From Bryobacteraceae bacterium (GTDB lineage: Bacteria > Acidobacteriota > Terriglobia > Bryobacterales > Bryobacteraceae): a DNA stretch of 40,000 nt. Below the pieces are notes generated by a model, which worked only from the letters and a program-made list of their open reading frames with translations, did not search any database and was not told where the DNA came from. Shown here one piece after another: positions 10,390 to 20,455 of this stretch (its first letter is position 1; each line of letters starts with the position of its first letter). Location of the stretch: NCBI GenBank assembly GCA_036272835.1, contig DATAXY010000025.1, positions 334,155 through 374,154 of the forward strand, written 5' to 3'. Made by a program: the position numbers and the translations under genes.

Positions 10390-11499
10390 GTGACTCGCCG
10401 AGACCATAGGATCGATCTGCTCCGCGGCCTTGCCATTTTCTCCGTACTGCTGCTTCACTTCGACCTGTCCTATCGCTTGACCCAAGATTTCTCGGGCCTC
10501 GCCGGCCGGATGATCCACACAGCGATCCGAAACGGGAATTACGGGGTGGTCGTATTCTTTGTCGTTTCGGGTTATTTGATCACGTCCACTTCCTTGCGCC
10601 GCTTTGGAAGCCTCGCTCAGGTCTCTCCTCGCGTGTTCTACTCCTTCCGCGCGGCCCGCATTCTGCCTTGCCTCGCGCTGGCCCTCGCGATCATTACGCC
10701 TTTAGGCGTTGCGGGGATTCCGTCCTTCCGGGACACTCGGCACGTGCCCCTGTGGCTCGCCGACCTTTCCGTACTGACCTTTTGGCACAACGTATTAATG
10801 GCCAAGTTTGGCTATTTCAATTACTGCCTGAATATCTATTGGTCGCTGTCGGTCGAAGAAGTCTTTTATCTTTCGTTTCCGCTGCTCTGCCTGTTGAAGA
10901 GACCCAAATGGATCGTGCCGGTCTGGTTGTTAGCGATCACCATCGGACCGATTTATCGGCGCCTTCATTCGAATGACGAAATCCTCTTCCTCTACGGCAA
11001 CCTGGCTTGCTTCGATGCCCTTGCGCTGGGTTGTTTGATGGCTCTTCTGGCTCGGCATGTTCGGATTGGTGCTCGCACGCGCGACATCGTCCAGATCTGT
11101 GCGCTGGTCTTCATGGCGGCAATTTACGTGCGTGGAAGTATCGATGCGACTCCCGTTTGGGGTTCCACTTTAATGGCTGCCGGGGCAGCGGCCATTCTAC
11201 TTGCCGAAGGTGCGGTTGCACTCGATTCCCCGCCGGTCAAGCAACGGTTCCGTGCGCTCGCATCGATGGGCCGCCATAGCTATGAGTTGTATCTGTTTCA
11301 CATCGCCGTACTCGGCCTAATGCGCGATCTGGTGAAATCCGCCGGCCTAAATATCACCGCTAAATTGCTTTGGCTTGTACTCTTCTTATGTATGTCGGCG
11401 AGCTTGGCCGCTGTGATTGCGCGATATTACTCAGAACCGCTAAACAGCCGGCTGCGACAGTATTTTGTTGGATACTACCGAAAACGACCAGTGCTTTAG
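10390..11499 (+). CDS. Acyltransferase family 3 membrane protein
   Basis: 369-aa polytopic ORF. The N-terminal RIDLLRGLAIFSVLLLH motif is typical of Acyl_transf_3. Confidence 0.75.
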   Translation: MTRRDHRIDLLRGLAIFSVLLLHFDLSYRLTQDFSGLAGRMIHTAIRNGNYGVVVFFVVSGYLITSTSLRRFGSLAQVSPRVFYSFRAARILPCLALALAIITPLGVAGIPSFRDTRHVPLWLADLSVLTFWHNVLMAKFGYFNYCLNIYWSLSVEEVFYLSFPLLCLLKRPKWIVPVWLLAITIGPIYRRLHSNDEILFLYGNLACFDALALGCLMALLARHVRIGARTRDIVQICALVFMAAIYVRGSIDATPVWGSTLMAAGAAAILLAEGAVALDSPPVKQRFRALASMGRHSYELYLFHIAVLGLMRDLVKSAGLNITAKLLWLVLFLCMSASLAAVIARYYSEPLNSRLRQYFVGYYRKRPVL

Positions 11500-11519
11500 G
11501 ATTGTAAACGTACACGATA

Positions 11520-12902
11520 TTGCAATCATCAGGCGAGTTCAACGTTCGCTACACAACGCTGATCTGTTCGGTCGCGGCCCTGGGCGGCTTGCTCTTCGGC
11601 TACGACTGGGTGGTGATTGGCGGCGCCAAACCGTTTTACGAAGCTTATTTCCGTCTTCAAAACACATACCAGATCGGCTGGGCCAATAGCTGCGCGTTAT
11701 TGGGCTGCCTCGTTGGCTCTATTCTTTCCGGTGCACTGAGCGGCCGTTTCGGACGAAAGCGATTGCTGCTGCTTTCGGCGCTGATCTTCGCGGTCTCTTC
11801 GTTATTTACAGGTCTTGCCTCGAGCTTTGTTGTCTTTATTGCCTGGCGAATTGTGGGTGGAATTGCTATCGGCATCTCCGCGAACGTTTCTCCGACCTAC
11901 ATAGCCGAAGTGAGCCCGGCTCAATGGCGCGGACGCCTTGTGTCGCTCAATCAAATGACCATCGTGATTGGAATCCTGGGGGCGCAAATTGTCAATTGGC
12001 TGATCGCGGACCGTGTTCCCGACGGTTCGACGCAGGCGATGCTCAGGAATTCATGGAACGGGCAAAGTGGATGGCGTGTGATGTTCATCGCAGTGGTCGT
12101 GCCATCGCTTTTGTTCCTGGTCAGCGCCTTTTTCGTTCCGGAAAGTCCCAGGTGGCTTATGGCGCGGGGTGAGGAGGGCCGGGCTCGCGAGATCTTTGCC
12201 AAAATCGGCGGAGTCTCTTACGCGGCGCAGACTGGCGAGCAGGTCGAAGCGGCCGCGGAGGCTCAGGTTACGGGAAGGTATTCTGCGTTATCGCCCGCCG
12301 TTCGCCGTGTTCTGCTGATTGGAATTGTTCTCGCAGTTTTGCAGCAGTGGAGCGGCATCAACGTGCTTTTCAACTATGCGGAAGAGATATACCGCGAGGC
12401 GGGATACAGCGTCAGCGGCATTCTCTTCAATATCGTCATCACAGGCACGATTAATCTCCTCTTCACACTGGTGGCTCTCCGGACAGTCGATCGCTGGGGC
12501 AGACGAACCCTGATGCTGCTGGGCTGTGCGAGCATCGCCGTGTGTCATCTATTGATCGGAATTTGTTACCTGTTCCGGATGCATGGCGTGCCGCTCCTGG
12601 TAGCGACGCTACTGACCATCGGCAGTTATGCGATGTCGTTGGCGCCCGTCACCTGGGTTATCATTGCCGAGATATTTCCATTGCGATTTCGAGCCGAAGG
12701 CGTGGCGATTTCCGTATCCGCCCTGTGGGTGGCCTCATTCCTATTGACCTTCACGTTTCCTCTGCTGAACGCGGCGCTTGGACCAGCGGGCACTTTCTTT
12801 CTCTATGCGTCGGTTTGCGCGGCTGGATATGTCTTCGTCTTTCTGCTCGTCCCTGAGACCAAGGGAAAAACCCTCGAAGAGATTGAGCTATTGACAGGCT
12901 AG
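11520..12902 (+). CDS. MFS sugar porter family transporter
   Basis: 460-aa ORF with a TTG start. Sugar-porter signatures GRKRLLL, PESPRWL and PETKGKTLEEIE. Confidence 0.9.
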   Translation: MQSSGEFNVRYTTLICSVAALGGLLFGYDWVVIGGAKPFYEAYFRLQNTYQIGWANSCALLGCLVGSILSGALSGRFGRKRLLLLSALIFAVSSLFTGLASSFVVFIAWRIVGGIAIGISANVSPTYIAEVSPAQWRGRLVSLNQMTIVIGILGAQIVNWLIADRVPDGSTQAMLRNSWNGQSGWRVMFIAVVVPSLLFLVSAFFVPESPRWLMARGEEGRAREIFAKIGGVSYAAQTGEQVEAAAEAQVTGRYSALSPAVRRVLLIGIVLAVLQQWSGINVLFNYAEEIYREAGYSVSGILFNIVITGTINLLFTLVALRTVDRWGRRTLMLLGCASIAVCHLLIGICYLFRMHGVPLLVATLLTIGSYAMSLAPVTWVIIAEIFPLRFRAEGVAISVSALWVASFLLTFTFPLLNAALGPAGTFFLYASVCAAGYVFVFLLVPETKGKTLEEIELLTG

Positions 12903-13131
12903 TTTCCTTCTGCCGATTTGAACTTCGGCACGCGTGCAGTTCAAAGAGACCATGCGCAAGTTGGTAAAGGTCTCTAAAGCCGATCTGGATGCAGCGTTGA
13001 AAGAGCATAAGGAAGCCAAGCCAGAAAGGGATTTGAAAAGCCAGCCGAGGGAAGGTGGCCTTTCGCCTTTTATATCTCCCTGTCAGAACCCATTCTTGTT
13101 GGGTTAGTCAAGTGATTTATTGCCAATAACT

Positions 13132-13207
13132 TGGTGGACGGCATGGGGCTCGAACCCACGACCCCCACGTTGCGAACGTGGTGCTCTCCCAACTGAGCTA
13201 GCCGCCC
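13132..13207 (-). tRNA. tRNA-Ala (anticodon CGC), CCA encoded
   Basis: Reverse complement reads GGGCGGCTAGCTCAGTTGGGAGAGCACCACGTTCGCAACGTGGGGGTCGTGGGTTCGAGCCCCATGCCGTCCACCA. It folds as a cloverleaf with the G3:U70 alanine identity pair and anticodon loop TTCGCAA. Confidence 0.9.
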
Positions 13208-13302
13208 ACTGAACGGACGCGCAGGCGCGAACGCGTGCGGATACTGGACCCAATATAACATTCGGGCGCATGTTAGGATGGCGGTTCGATCCTTCGCGTC
13301 CC

Positions 13303-13881
13303 ATGGTTCTCTCCGACGTTGATATACGGCGTTATCTCGAGCAGGGCAAAATTCGCATTTCGCCCGAATTGCCCCACGAGCAGTTCGGCAGTTGCTCGGT
13401 AGACTTCCGGCTCGGCGCGGAATTCAGTGTGTTTGAACATAGCCGCCACGCCTTCATCGACGTCCGGGAAAAAGGCGCTATTCAAGACATCATGCGGACG
13501 ATTCACGTCAAGGAAGGCGACCCGTTCATCCTGCAGCCTCGCGAGTTCGCCCTAGCCATTACGGAAGAGACGCTGGAACTCGACGACGACGTACTGGGTC
13601 GATTGGAAGGCCGCTCCAGCCTGGGCCGCATCGGCATCATCGTGCACGGTACTGCGGGCCTATTCGATCCCGGCTGGCGTGGCAAAGCAACCTTGGAGCT
13701 CAGTAATTTGGGCATTATGCCGGTAGCGCTCTATCCGGGCATGCGCATCTGTTCCTTTACCTTTGAACAGTTGAGTTCGCCGGTTTCGGTTCCCTACTAC
13801 AAGAAGGCGGGCAATAAGTACGCCGGGCAGACGCAGCCGGTAGCGAGCAGGCTAACGTCCGAAGCCCCTTCGAAGCGTTAG
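13303..13881 (+). CDS. dcd: dCTP deaminase
   Basis: ORF track 13270..13881. Start moved to the ATG at 13303, giving the typical N-terminus [12 protein letters not shown]. Dcd/dUTPase-fold motifs are present ([14 protein letters not shown]). Confidence 0.9.
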   Translation: MVLSDVDIRRYLEQGKIRISPELPHEQFGSCSVDFRLGAEFSVFEHSRHAFIDVREKGAIQDIMRTIHVKEGDPFILQPREFALAITEETLELDDDVLGRLEGRSSLGRIGIIVHGTAGLFDPGWRGKATLELSNLGIMPVALYPGMRICSFTFEQLSSPVSVPYYKKAGNKYAGQTQPVASRLTSEAPSKR

Positions 13882-14309
13882 CGGCCGGAAGACCCAAACC
13901 CGCCGGCGCCACGAATGGAGTCCGAGAGTTCGCCTTCGATCCATTCGACGGTCTCGTACCGAGCCACAACGAGTTGTGCGATGCGATCGCCCGCACATAT
14001 CTCGAAAGGAGTCTTGCCCAGGTTTAAGAGAATGACCTTGAGCTCGCCGCGATAGCCCGGATCGATGGTCGCCGGCGCATTGGGGAGGGTAATGGCGTGC
14101 TTTAGGGCCAAGCCGCTGCGCGGCCGAATCTGCACCTCATATCCCGGAGGGATCTCAAGCGCCAGGCCCGTGGGCACGGCTTGCGGAATACCGGGTTCGA
14201 GCAGAGCGGCCTCCAAGGAACGCACGTCAAGCCCCGCGTCCTCCATTGGCCCGTGAGCATAGGAGGGAAGCTGGGCCCCCGGGTGCAACCGTTTGATCCG
14301 AATAAGCAT
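13878..14309 (-). CDS. dut: dUTP diphosphatase
   Basis: 143-aa ORF with Dut motifs ([30 protein letters not shown]). Convergent with dcd, with a 4-bp overlap. Confidence 0.9.
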   Translation of the reverse strand: MLIRIKRLHPGAQLPSYAHGPMEDAGLDVRSLEAALLEPGIPQAVPTGLALEIPPGYEVQIRPRSGLALKHAITLPNAPATIDPGYRGELKVILLNLGKTPFEICAGDRIAQLVVARYETVEWIEGELSDSIRGAGGFGSSGR

Positions 14310-14335
14310 GGGGAATCCGTTATCATAGCGGCTTC

Positions 14336-15769
14336 ATGCCTGAAGAGCGAAAAGGGCGCGTTCTGACAGTGGCTTCTATGCCTCCGGAAAAGTTGGCGTA
14401 CGCGCTGGCCCGCTACAGCCGGTCCCCGGATTCAATACGCGATTCGATCGAGTGGGTGCGCAGCCACGACTCTGCAAAATTTCTTGAAAGCTTCTACTTC
14501 CAATACGGCCACGCCAGCATCGCCGACCTGGGACACGTGACCGTTTGCTTCGAGGGCATCTCGGAGCTGGCGGCCACCGAGATTGAAGACGAGCAGCTCT
14601 GGGATGGGCAAGCGCGCAGCTCGCGGTATCAGGACTTTTCGCAAGCCGGAGTCATTTTACCTCCGGAGTTGACCGGAACCGAACCCGAGATTTACCTATC
14701 GGCGGCTGCGCACCTGCTGGATGCATATCGCGTGGTCCAGAGCCGGGCACTTTCCTATCTGCAAGAGCAACTTCCCTGCCCAGCCGGCATGAGGCCGGAG
14801 GCTTATCGCCGGAATTTGGCGGCCCGGGCCTTCGATATTGCCCGGTACCTGCTGCCGTTCGGGATTCCGACAGGAGTTGGTCAAGTAACCAGCATCCGTA
14901 CCCTCGAAAAGCAAGTGCGGCGATTGAAGGCAAGCGAGTTCCAGGAATTACGGGAATTGGGCGAAGAGCTGGCGCGAGCCTGCGCGGCGCCCCCCGAATG
15001 CGGCTGGGACAACCATGCGGCGGAGCCGGTCGCGCCCACATTGGCGCGGCATGCGGAAGCCGATACCTACACGCCTCATCTACGCGCCGACTTGACGGAG
15101 TGGGCGGCCGATCATCTGCCCCCGGAGGCGGGTCTACCCGTCAAGCCTGCCGATCTCTTGCAACCCGCCGACACTGTCGCCGATATCTGCGCCACTTTGC
15201 TCTATCCCGTGGTAACCCGGAGTTACCGGGAGCTTTATGAGTTGGCCTGCCAGTGGAGCGAGGCAAGGCGGCAAGACGTAATTCACCTTGCGCTTGGGAA
15301 ACGGACCCGGCGAGACGACTTACCACGGCATTTTCGAAACGCGCCCTACGTCTTCGATTTCGTAATGGACATCGGGGCTTATCGCGATCTACATAGGCAC
15401 CGGCGGTGCCAGCAGTTCAGGCAGTATTACACAAATCAGCTCGGTTACGAGACTCCTGAGGCTGTTTTGAAATGCCAGGCTGGGGAAGTCTACGCCGACG
15501 CGCTGGCGCATGCCGACCGAGTTCTGGAGGTGCTGCCGCATCCAGCGTCCCAATATGTTCTACCGTTCGCCGCGCGGTCCCGATTCCTATTCAAAATGGA
15601 TTTTGCCGAATTGGAATATATGGCGCGGCTACGTAGCGGGGTAAAGGGCCATTTTTCCTACCGCAATATCGCGTGGGCGATGAAACAGGAACTAGAACGG
15701 TTGGATCCCATGTTGGGAACACTGGTGGAAGCGACGCCGCCCTGGGTGGAAGATCCTTTGACGCGGTAG
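14336..15769 (+). CDS. Long (tandem-domain) FAD-dependent thymidylate synthase ThyX-like protein
   Basis: 477-aa ORF, about twice the ThyX length. The first half has ARYSRS, YGHASIADLGH and ..SSRYQDF, but the RHR position reads EDEQ. The second half carries YRDLHRHRRCQQF (RHR present, downstream Ser absent). Confidence 0.6.
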   Translation: MPEERKGRVLTVASMPPEKLAYALARYSRSPDSIRDSIEWVRSHDSAKFLESFYFQYGHASIADLGHVTVCFEGISELAATEIEDEQLWDGQARSSRYQDFSQAGVILPPELTGTEPEIYLSAAAHLLDAYRVVQSRALSYLQEQLPCPAGMRPEAYRRNLAARAFDIARYLLPFGIPTGVGQVTSIRTLEKQVRRLKASEFQELRELGEELARACAAPPECGWDNHAAEPVAPTLARHAEADTYTPHLRADLTEWAADHLPPEAGLPVKPADLLQPADTVADICATLLYPVVTRSYRELYELACQWSEARRQDVIHLALGKRTRRDDLPRHFRNAPYVFDFVMDIGAYRDLHRHRRCQQFRQYYTNQLGYETPEAVLKCQAGEVYADALAHADRVLEVLPHPASQYVLPFAARSRFLFKMDFAELEYMARLRSGVKGHFSYRNIAWAMKQELERLDPMLGTLVEATPPWVEDPLTR

Positions 15770-15815
15770 TTACCAACCGCTCGCCAGACTGGCTACAAGT
15801 TCTCTCGCCGCTTTT

Positions 15816-15842
15816 TAAAAAGTGAGCTGCGCTAGCCGATAA
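15816..15842 (+). promoter_or_regulatory. Sigma-28 (FliA)-type promoter upstream of fliS
   Basis: TAAA (15816..15819), then 15 nt, then GCCGATAA (15835..15842). This is an exact match to the TAAA-N15-GCCGATAA consensus, ~90 nt upstream of the fliS start. Confidence 0.55.
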
Positions 15843-15930
15843 CAGAAGCAAGCCGGACTTTGGTTCGCAAGTTGCTCTGAAAGTTGCTAAGCCGTGACTC
15901 AGGACCAATCCGGCGAAAACGAAAAGGATT

Positions 15931-16401
15931 TTGAACTTATCTGCTATGCCAACCCCGACATTGTCTCCCTACGCACAGAATGAAGTGCTGCATGCGCCGC
16001 CGGAGCGGCTGGTCCAGATCCTTTATCAATTGGGGATCAAAGCAATTGTCTCCGCGCGAGAGTGTCTCCGTGCCAAAGACGTCCCTGGACGTGTGCATCA
16101 GATTAATAGGGCGTTTGATGTTACCGCAGAGCTCGTCAACGGGCTCGATTATGAAGCGGGCGGTGAGATCGCCTCAAACTACGGGCGGCTCTATGACTAC
16201 TGCCAGCGACGTCTGATTGAGGCAAATACTTCGCAATCCGACGAGATATTGGCGGAAGTTCAATCCTTGTTTGAGGACCTCAGCGAGGCATGGCAGATTG
16301 TAGTTGCGAAGACGGCTGTCGAACGCAGCCAAATCCTCTACTCAGCCGAACTATCCGAAAGCGCCGCCGAATTGGCTGGTAGCGTTAATTGCATCGGTTG
16401 A
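15931..16401 (+). CDS. fliS: Flagellar export chaperone FliS
   Basis: 156-aa ORF (TTG at 15931; alternative ATG at 15946). FliS pattern: PERLVQILYQ, INRAFDVTAELVNGLDYEAGGEIASNYGRLYDYCQRRLIEAN, AEVQSLFEDLSEAW. Confidence 0.8.
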   Translation: MNLSAMPTPTLSPYAQNEVLHAPPERLVQILYQLGIKAIVSARECLRAKDVPGRVHQINRAFDVTAELVNGLDYEAGGEIASNYGRLYDYCQRRLIEANTSQSDEILAEVQSLFEDLSEAWQIVVAKTAVERSQILYSAELSESAAELAGSVNCIG

Positions 16402-16523
16402 GACCGACTCTTTAAACTTGCTCCTGGCATCGGGTGTGACCCGGACCGGCTAAATGCCCGGTGCCCTTCTATTGAGAAACTCGCGCAAAGCGGTCGGCAC
16501 TCTGGACCTTGCTATAAACGGAT

Positions 16524-18053
16524 ATGCCTCGCTACGCGGCGGTGGATATCGGCAGCAATTCGGTCCGTATGATGGCGGCGGAAGCCGGTCCGGAGACAAC
16601 ACGCATTTTGGCACAGGAACGCCAGGTGACGCGGCTCGGCGAGAGTGTTTTTCGCGATGGGCGAGTCAGCGAGGAAGCCTTGGTTTTCCTCTGCGCCACG
16701 CTGGGGCGCTTCGCGGCAGTTTATCAAAAACTCGACGTCCAAGGGGTGCGCGCTGTCGCGACCAGCGCAGTGCGGGACTCGAGTAATCAACAGGAATTTC
16801 TAGATCGTGCCAGCGCCGCTCTCGGGACGCCTGTCGAAATCATTAGCGGGCAAGAAGAAGCGCGCCTGATTCACCTGGGCGTCGAGGCGCGCTGGCCCAG
16901 ACCCAAAGAACGGACGTTGATCGTCGATGTAGGTGGTGGAAGCGCTGAGTTGATCCTCTCGCAGAACGGCGAGTTGCTGGATGCGGTGTCGCGCCCGCTG
17001 GGTGCCGTGAGACTTACCGAACTATTCTTGCAGTCGGATCCTCCGGCGCCGGACGAACTACACCGAATGAACGCCTATATCGACGAGAAGTTGGTTCCGT
17101 TTCACAGACGACACCACGAGGAGAAATTCGACCGAGTTGTTGCGACATCGGCGACGGCCGCGGCGATTGTCTGCGCTGTAAATCAGGTGGCGCGACCGAA
17201 GCGCGATGCGGCCGATCGTTTGCGGGCGCGTACCACCCAGATTCGCAAACTATACGCGGAGGTGTCCGGCAGAGATTTGGCAGCCCGCCGGAAGATTGTC
17301 GGGATCGGACCGCGCCGCGCTGAAATCATCGTGGCCGGAACCGCGGTCTTCTTGCGGGCGCTCGAAACATTTGGATGTACGTCGCTCTACTACTCGACCG
17401 CCGGGGTCCGCGATGGCATTATTGCGGATCTGGCGGTACGCGGCGTGGGCCGGGAACTCTCTCAGCTTTCCCGGGAACAGTTGCTGGTGGTGGAGGGAAT
17501 GGCCAAGCGTTATGGTGTGCTTCTCCGCCATGCCAAGCGAGTCGCATTCCTGGTGCATCGGCTCTTCGAACTGCTGCACCCTCTGCATGGGCTTCCGCCA
17601 GCGGCCGGAAAACTGCTCCAGGCTGCTGCTTATCTCCACGACGTCGGCCATTTTGTAAGCGACACGGGTCACCATAAACACTCGGCTTACCTGGTGGCGA
17701 ACGCGGATTTACCGGGATTTACGAACAAGGAGCGCCTTACGATTGCCAGCCTGTGCCGTTTTCACCGCAAATCGATGCCGCAGCCTCGGCATACCCAGTT
17801 CCAGGGACTCGATGCCGAGTCGAAACGGGTGGTGGTGAGCCTGACGCCGCTGCTCCGGATCGCCGACGCGCTGGATCGGGGCCATGGGCAGAGGGTTCAC
17901 GACGTGCACACGGTCGTGAAGAACGGCGCATTAAACCTTGTGGTTGAGGCCGACCAGGACGCGGATTTGGAGATTTGGGCTGCGGGAGAAGCGGCTCAGG
18001 TGTTTGAACAGGTCTATTCGCTGCCGCTCACATTACAGCGGGCGAAACCGTAA
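16524..18053 (+). CDS. ppx: Ppx/GppA family exopolyphosphatase / guanosine pentaphosphate phosphohydrolase with C-terminal HD domain
   Basis: 509-aa ORF with AAVDIGSNSVRM, DVGGGSAE and HDVGHF motifs. Confidence 0.9.
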   Translation: MPRYAAVDIGSNSVRMMAAEAGPETTRILAQERQVTRLGESVFRDGRVSEEALVFLCATLGRFAAVYQKLDVQGVRAVATSAVRDSSNQQEFLDRASAALGTPVEIISGQEEARLIHLGVEARWPRPKERTLIVDVGGGSAELILSQNGELLDAVSRPLGAVRLTELFLQSDPPAPDELHRMNAYIDEKLVPFHRRHHEEKFDRVVATSATAAAIVCAVNQVARPKRDAADRLRARTTQIRKLYAEVSGRDLAARRKIVGIGPRRAEIIVAGTAVFLRALETFGCTSLYYSTAGVRDGIIADLAVRGVGRELSQLSREQLLVVEGMAKRYGVLLRHAKRVAFLVHRLFELLHPLHGLPPAAGKLLQAAAYLHDVGHFVSDTGHHKHSAYLVANADLPGFTNKERLTIASLCRFHRKSMPQPRHTQFQGLDAESKRVVVSLTPLLRIADALDRGHGQRVHDVHTVVKNGALNLVVEADQDADLEIWAAGEAAQVFEQVYSLPLTLQRAKP

Positions 18054-18086
18054 GTGATGAAACAGATGAAAAGTTAATCGGGCTGT

Positions 18087-18359
18087 TTACGCCGTCGGTG
18101 CGAGGCTGCGCAACCGCAAGGTTAAGCGGCTTTTGTAACGCGCGGCCGTGTTCTTCTTGATAATGCCCCACTTTGCCGCACGGTCAACTAGAGAGAACGT
18201 TGCCGGAACCACTTTAGCGGCCGCTTCGGCGTCCTTCTGATCCAGCAGACGGCGCATAGTGCGGATCTGGTGACGCAACCGGGTCTTCCGAACCCGGTTG
18301 ATCGCGGTCTTCCGCTCAGCCATGCGGACCCGCTTCAACGATGAAACTGTATTTGCCAT
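18087..18359 (-). CDS. rpsT: 30S ribosomal protein S20
   Basis: 90-aa basic [25 protein letters not shown]... Confidence 0.95.
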   Translation of the reverse strand: MANTVSSLKRVRMAERKTAINRVRKTRLRHQIRTMRRLLDQKDAEAAAKVVPATFSLVDRAAKWGIIKKNTAARYKSRLTLRLRSLAPTA

Positions 18360-18559
18360 TAAAAACTGTTTAAACCCTGAATTTCTGAATTGCCCAGCCT
18401 GCGCCCGCCACGGCCAACTTCCTAAAAGGTGTCAACTTTCGGGTGCGGCTCATTTCGAGCTACAATGATAAGGATACCTGAGCGGCCACCGCTATGCAAA
18501 CGCGCGTCCGCCAGTGCCCAAATTTATCTATTACCCTGAAAGTCCGAGTGTAACCCAAC

Positions 18560-19186
18560 TTGGCTCAGCAGGTTTGCTCAGAGGATTTCGCCAAGATTGA
18601 TATGGAACAGGATACAAACGCGTCCGGTGTCGCGATGGAAGACACTAAACCAGTTAACGGGGCCAGTGAGCCCCAGTCAAAACCCGAGCGTTCTCCCGAA
18701 GCCGGTGAAGCGACGGAGACCGCCGGAACCCGCTCCCTAGCCGCTGAATTGGATCGGCTGGCTCGGGAGAAACGCGATCTGCAGGAATTGATGCAGCGAC
18801 GGCAGGCCGAGTTCGAGAATTACAAAAAGCGCGTGGAGCGAGAGCGCGGCGAGCTGTTTGAATTCGCGAGCATGGATACCGCCAAGGCGATGCTGCCTAT
18901 TTTGGACGATTTCGAACGCGCGTTGAAGGTTGAAAGCGCCGATAAAGAATATGCGCGCGGCATGGAACTGATTTATCAACGGCTGTACGAATCCCTTAAG
19001 AAGATCGGGCTGGAGCCGATCTCGACCGAGGGAATGTTATTTGACCCCCATCTGCACCATGCCGTGGACATGGTGGATTCGCCAGATTCGCCGGATCAGA
19101 CAATTCTCGAAGAATACCAGCGCGGCTATAACTTCAAAGGCCGCCTCTTGCGGCCAGCCATGGTGAAAGTGGCAGTTCGCCAGTAA
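18560..19186 (+). CDS. grpE: Nucleotide exchange factor GrpE
   Basis: 208-aa ORF (TTG at 18560; alternative ATG at 18602). GrpE motifs RRQAEFENYKKR, LPILDDFERA and the C-terminal GY.FKGRLLRPAMV. Confidence 0.9.
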   Translation: MAQQVCSEDFAKIDMEQDTNASGVAMEDTKPVNGASEPQSKPERSPEAGEATETAGTRSLAAELDRLAREKRDLQELMQRRQAEFENYKKRVERERGELFEFASMDTAKAMLPILDDFERALKVESADKEYARGMELIYQRLYESLKKIGLEPISTEGMLFDPHLHHAVDMVDSPDSPDQTILEEYQRGYNFKGRLLRPAMVKVAVRQ

Positions 19187-19211
19187 CTCTCCTGGGAATA
19201 TTTTAAAGACG

Positions 19212-20336
19212 ATGGGCGTCGCCAAACGAGATTACTACGAAATACTGAGCGTCGCGCGCGATTGCGACGACCAAACGCTGAAATCGGCCTATCGCAAGCT
19301 TGCGCTGCAACATCATCCCGACCGAAATCCGGGAAATGCCGAATCAGAGGAGCGGTTCAAGGAAGCGGCGGAAGCCTATGCGGTCTTGAGCGACCCGCAG
19401 AAGCGCGCGGCCTATGATCGGTATGGCCATCAGGGCGTGAACGGCGGAGCGGCGCCGAATTTCGACGAATCGCAGTTCGCCGACTTTGGGGATATCCTGG
19501 GCGATCTTTTCGGATTCGGCGATATATTTGGGCGCCGTGGCGGCGGCCGCTCGCAGCGTGCCCAACGCGGGGAAGACATTCGCTTCGACCTTGAGATTTC
19601 CTTTGAAGACGCAATGAAAGGCTTATCGGCAGACCTGCTCGTGCCCCGCCTGGAAGCGTGCACAAAATGCCGCGGAACCGGTGCCGAGCCGAACGGCGGC
19701 ATGGTGACCTGCTCGCTCTGCAATGGGCGTGGCGAAGTGCTCTATCAGCAGAGCTTCCTTAGCATTCGCAAGACCTGTCCCACGTGTGGTGGCCGCGGTC
19801 AAGTGATCCGCCAAGCCTGTTCCCAGTGTCGGGGCGAAGGATTCCACCGCACCGAGAAGAAGTTGAAAGTCAATATCCCAGCGGGCGTCGACACGGGCAC
19901 GCGCCTGCGCTTGAGCGGGGAAGGAAATCCGGCACCGCAGGGTGGACTGTCAGGCGATTTATACGTTGTTCTGAAAGTCACTGAACACCCAGTCTTCGAG
20001 CGCCGTGAAAACGATTTGCATTGCACTTTACCCGTCAATGTGGCGCAGGCCGCATTGGGCGCCGAAGTGACCATTGAAACCTTTGATGGCCCACAAGTAA
20101 TACGCATTCCGGAGGGCGCCCAGTCCGGAGCGCAATTCAAGCTTCGCTCCTTAGGTGTGCCGGAACTGAACTCGCGTGGGCGGGGTGACCTGTATGTGCA
20201 TTTGGATGTGCAGATCCCAAAGAAATTGACGCGCGAGCAGCGGCGGCATTTCGAAGAACTGCGCAATCTGCTGCCAACGGACAACACGCCGCAGGAAAAG
20301 AGCATGTTCGAAAAAGTCCGCGATTTCTTTGGATAG
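19212..20336 (+). CDS. dnaJ: Molecular chaperone DnaJ
   Basis: J domain (HHPDRNP), G/F-rich linker and four CxxCxGxG zinc-finger repeats. Confidence 0.95.
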   Translation: MGVAKRDYYEILSVARDCDDQTLKSAYRKLALQHHPDRNPGNAESEERFKEAAEAYAVLSDPQKRAAYDRYGHQGVNGGAAPNFDESQFADFGDILGDLFGFGDIFGRRGGGRSQRAQRGEDIRFDLEISFEDAMKGLSADLLVPRLEACTKCRGTGAEPNGGMVTCSLCNGRGEVLYQQSFLSIRKTCPTCGGRGQVIRQACSQCRGEGFHRTEKKLKVNIPAGVDTGTRLRLSGEGNPAPQGGLSGDLYVVLKVTEHPVFERRENDLHCTLPVNVAQAALGAEVTIETFDGPQVIRIPEGAQSGAQFKLRSLGVPELNSRGRGDLYVHLDVQIPKKLTREQRRHFEELRNLLPTDNTPQEKSMFEKVRDFFG

Positions 20337-20455
20337 GGCGGCGTCGGCTATAGCACGCGGTCCACGTGCGCCTTTCGCGGGTGCGAGCGCATTCGCTGTC
20401 CAGATAGAAAAAGCTACAGGTTCTTCTCTCTCGGAATGACGCGTCCCAATTAGTA

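Noticed and set aside
9199-10518. Long 439-aa ORF on the minus strand. Similar long ORFs occur at 7095..7901 (-), 8585..9202 (-) and 415..885 (-).
   Set aside because: They lie antisense to, or in alternative frames of, genes with unmistakable homology (purK, icd, purE, hyi-like). They have low-complexity Arg/Gly/Ala-rich translations typical of shadow ORFs in high-GC DNA.
12952-13107. 51-codon ORF (MRKLVKVSKADLDAALKEHKEAK...) between the MFS gene and tRNA-Ala.
   Set aside because: It is below the track threshold, I recognise no family, and no clear ribosome-binding site was seen. Not enough support to call a gene.
13132-13207. tRNA-Ala as an integration hotspot (att site) for an island.
   Set aside because: I saw no duplicated tRNA 3' segment nearby. 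The flanking genes (MFS transporter, dcd) are ordinary, and the mobile element in this window uses a different, protein-coding target.
18360-18559. Search for a CIRCE/HrcA operator or clear heat-shock promoter upstream of grpE.
   Set aside because: No TTAGCACTC-N9-GAGTGCTAA-like inverted repeat is present. Candidate -35/-10 hexamers (TGTCAA ... TACAAT) are spaced ~25 nt apart, too far for a confident call.
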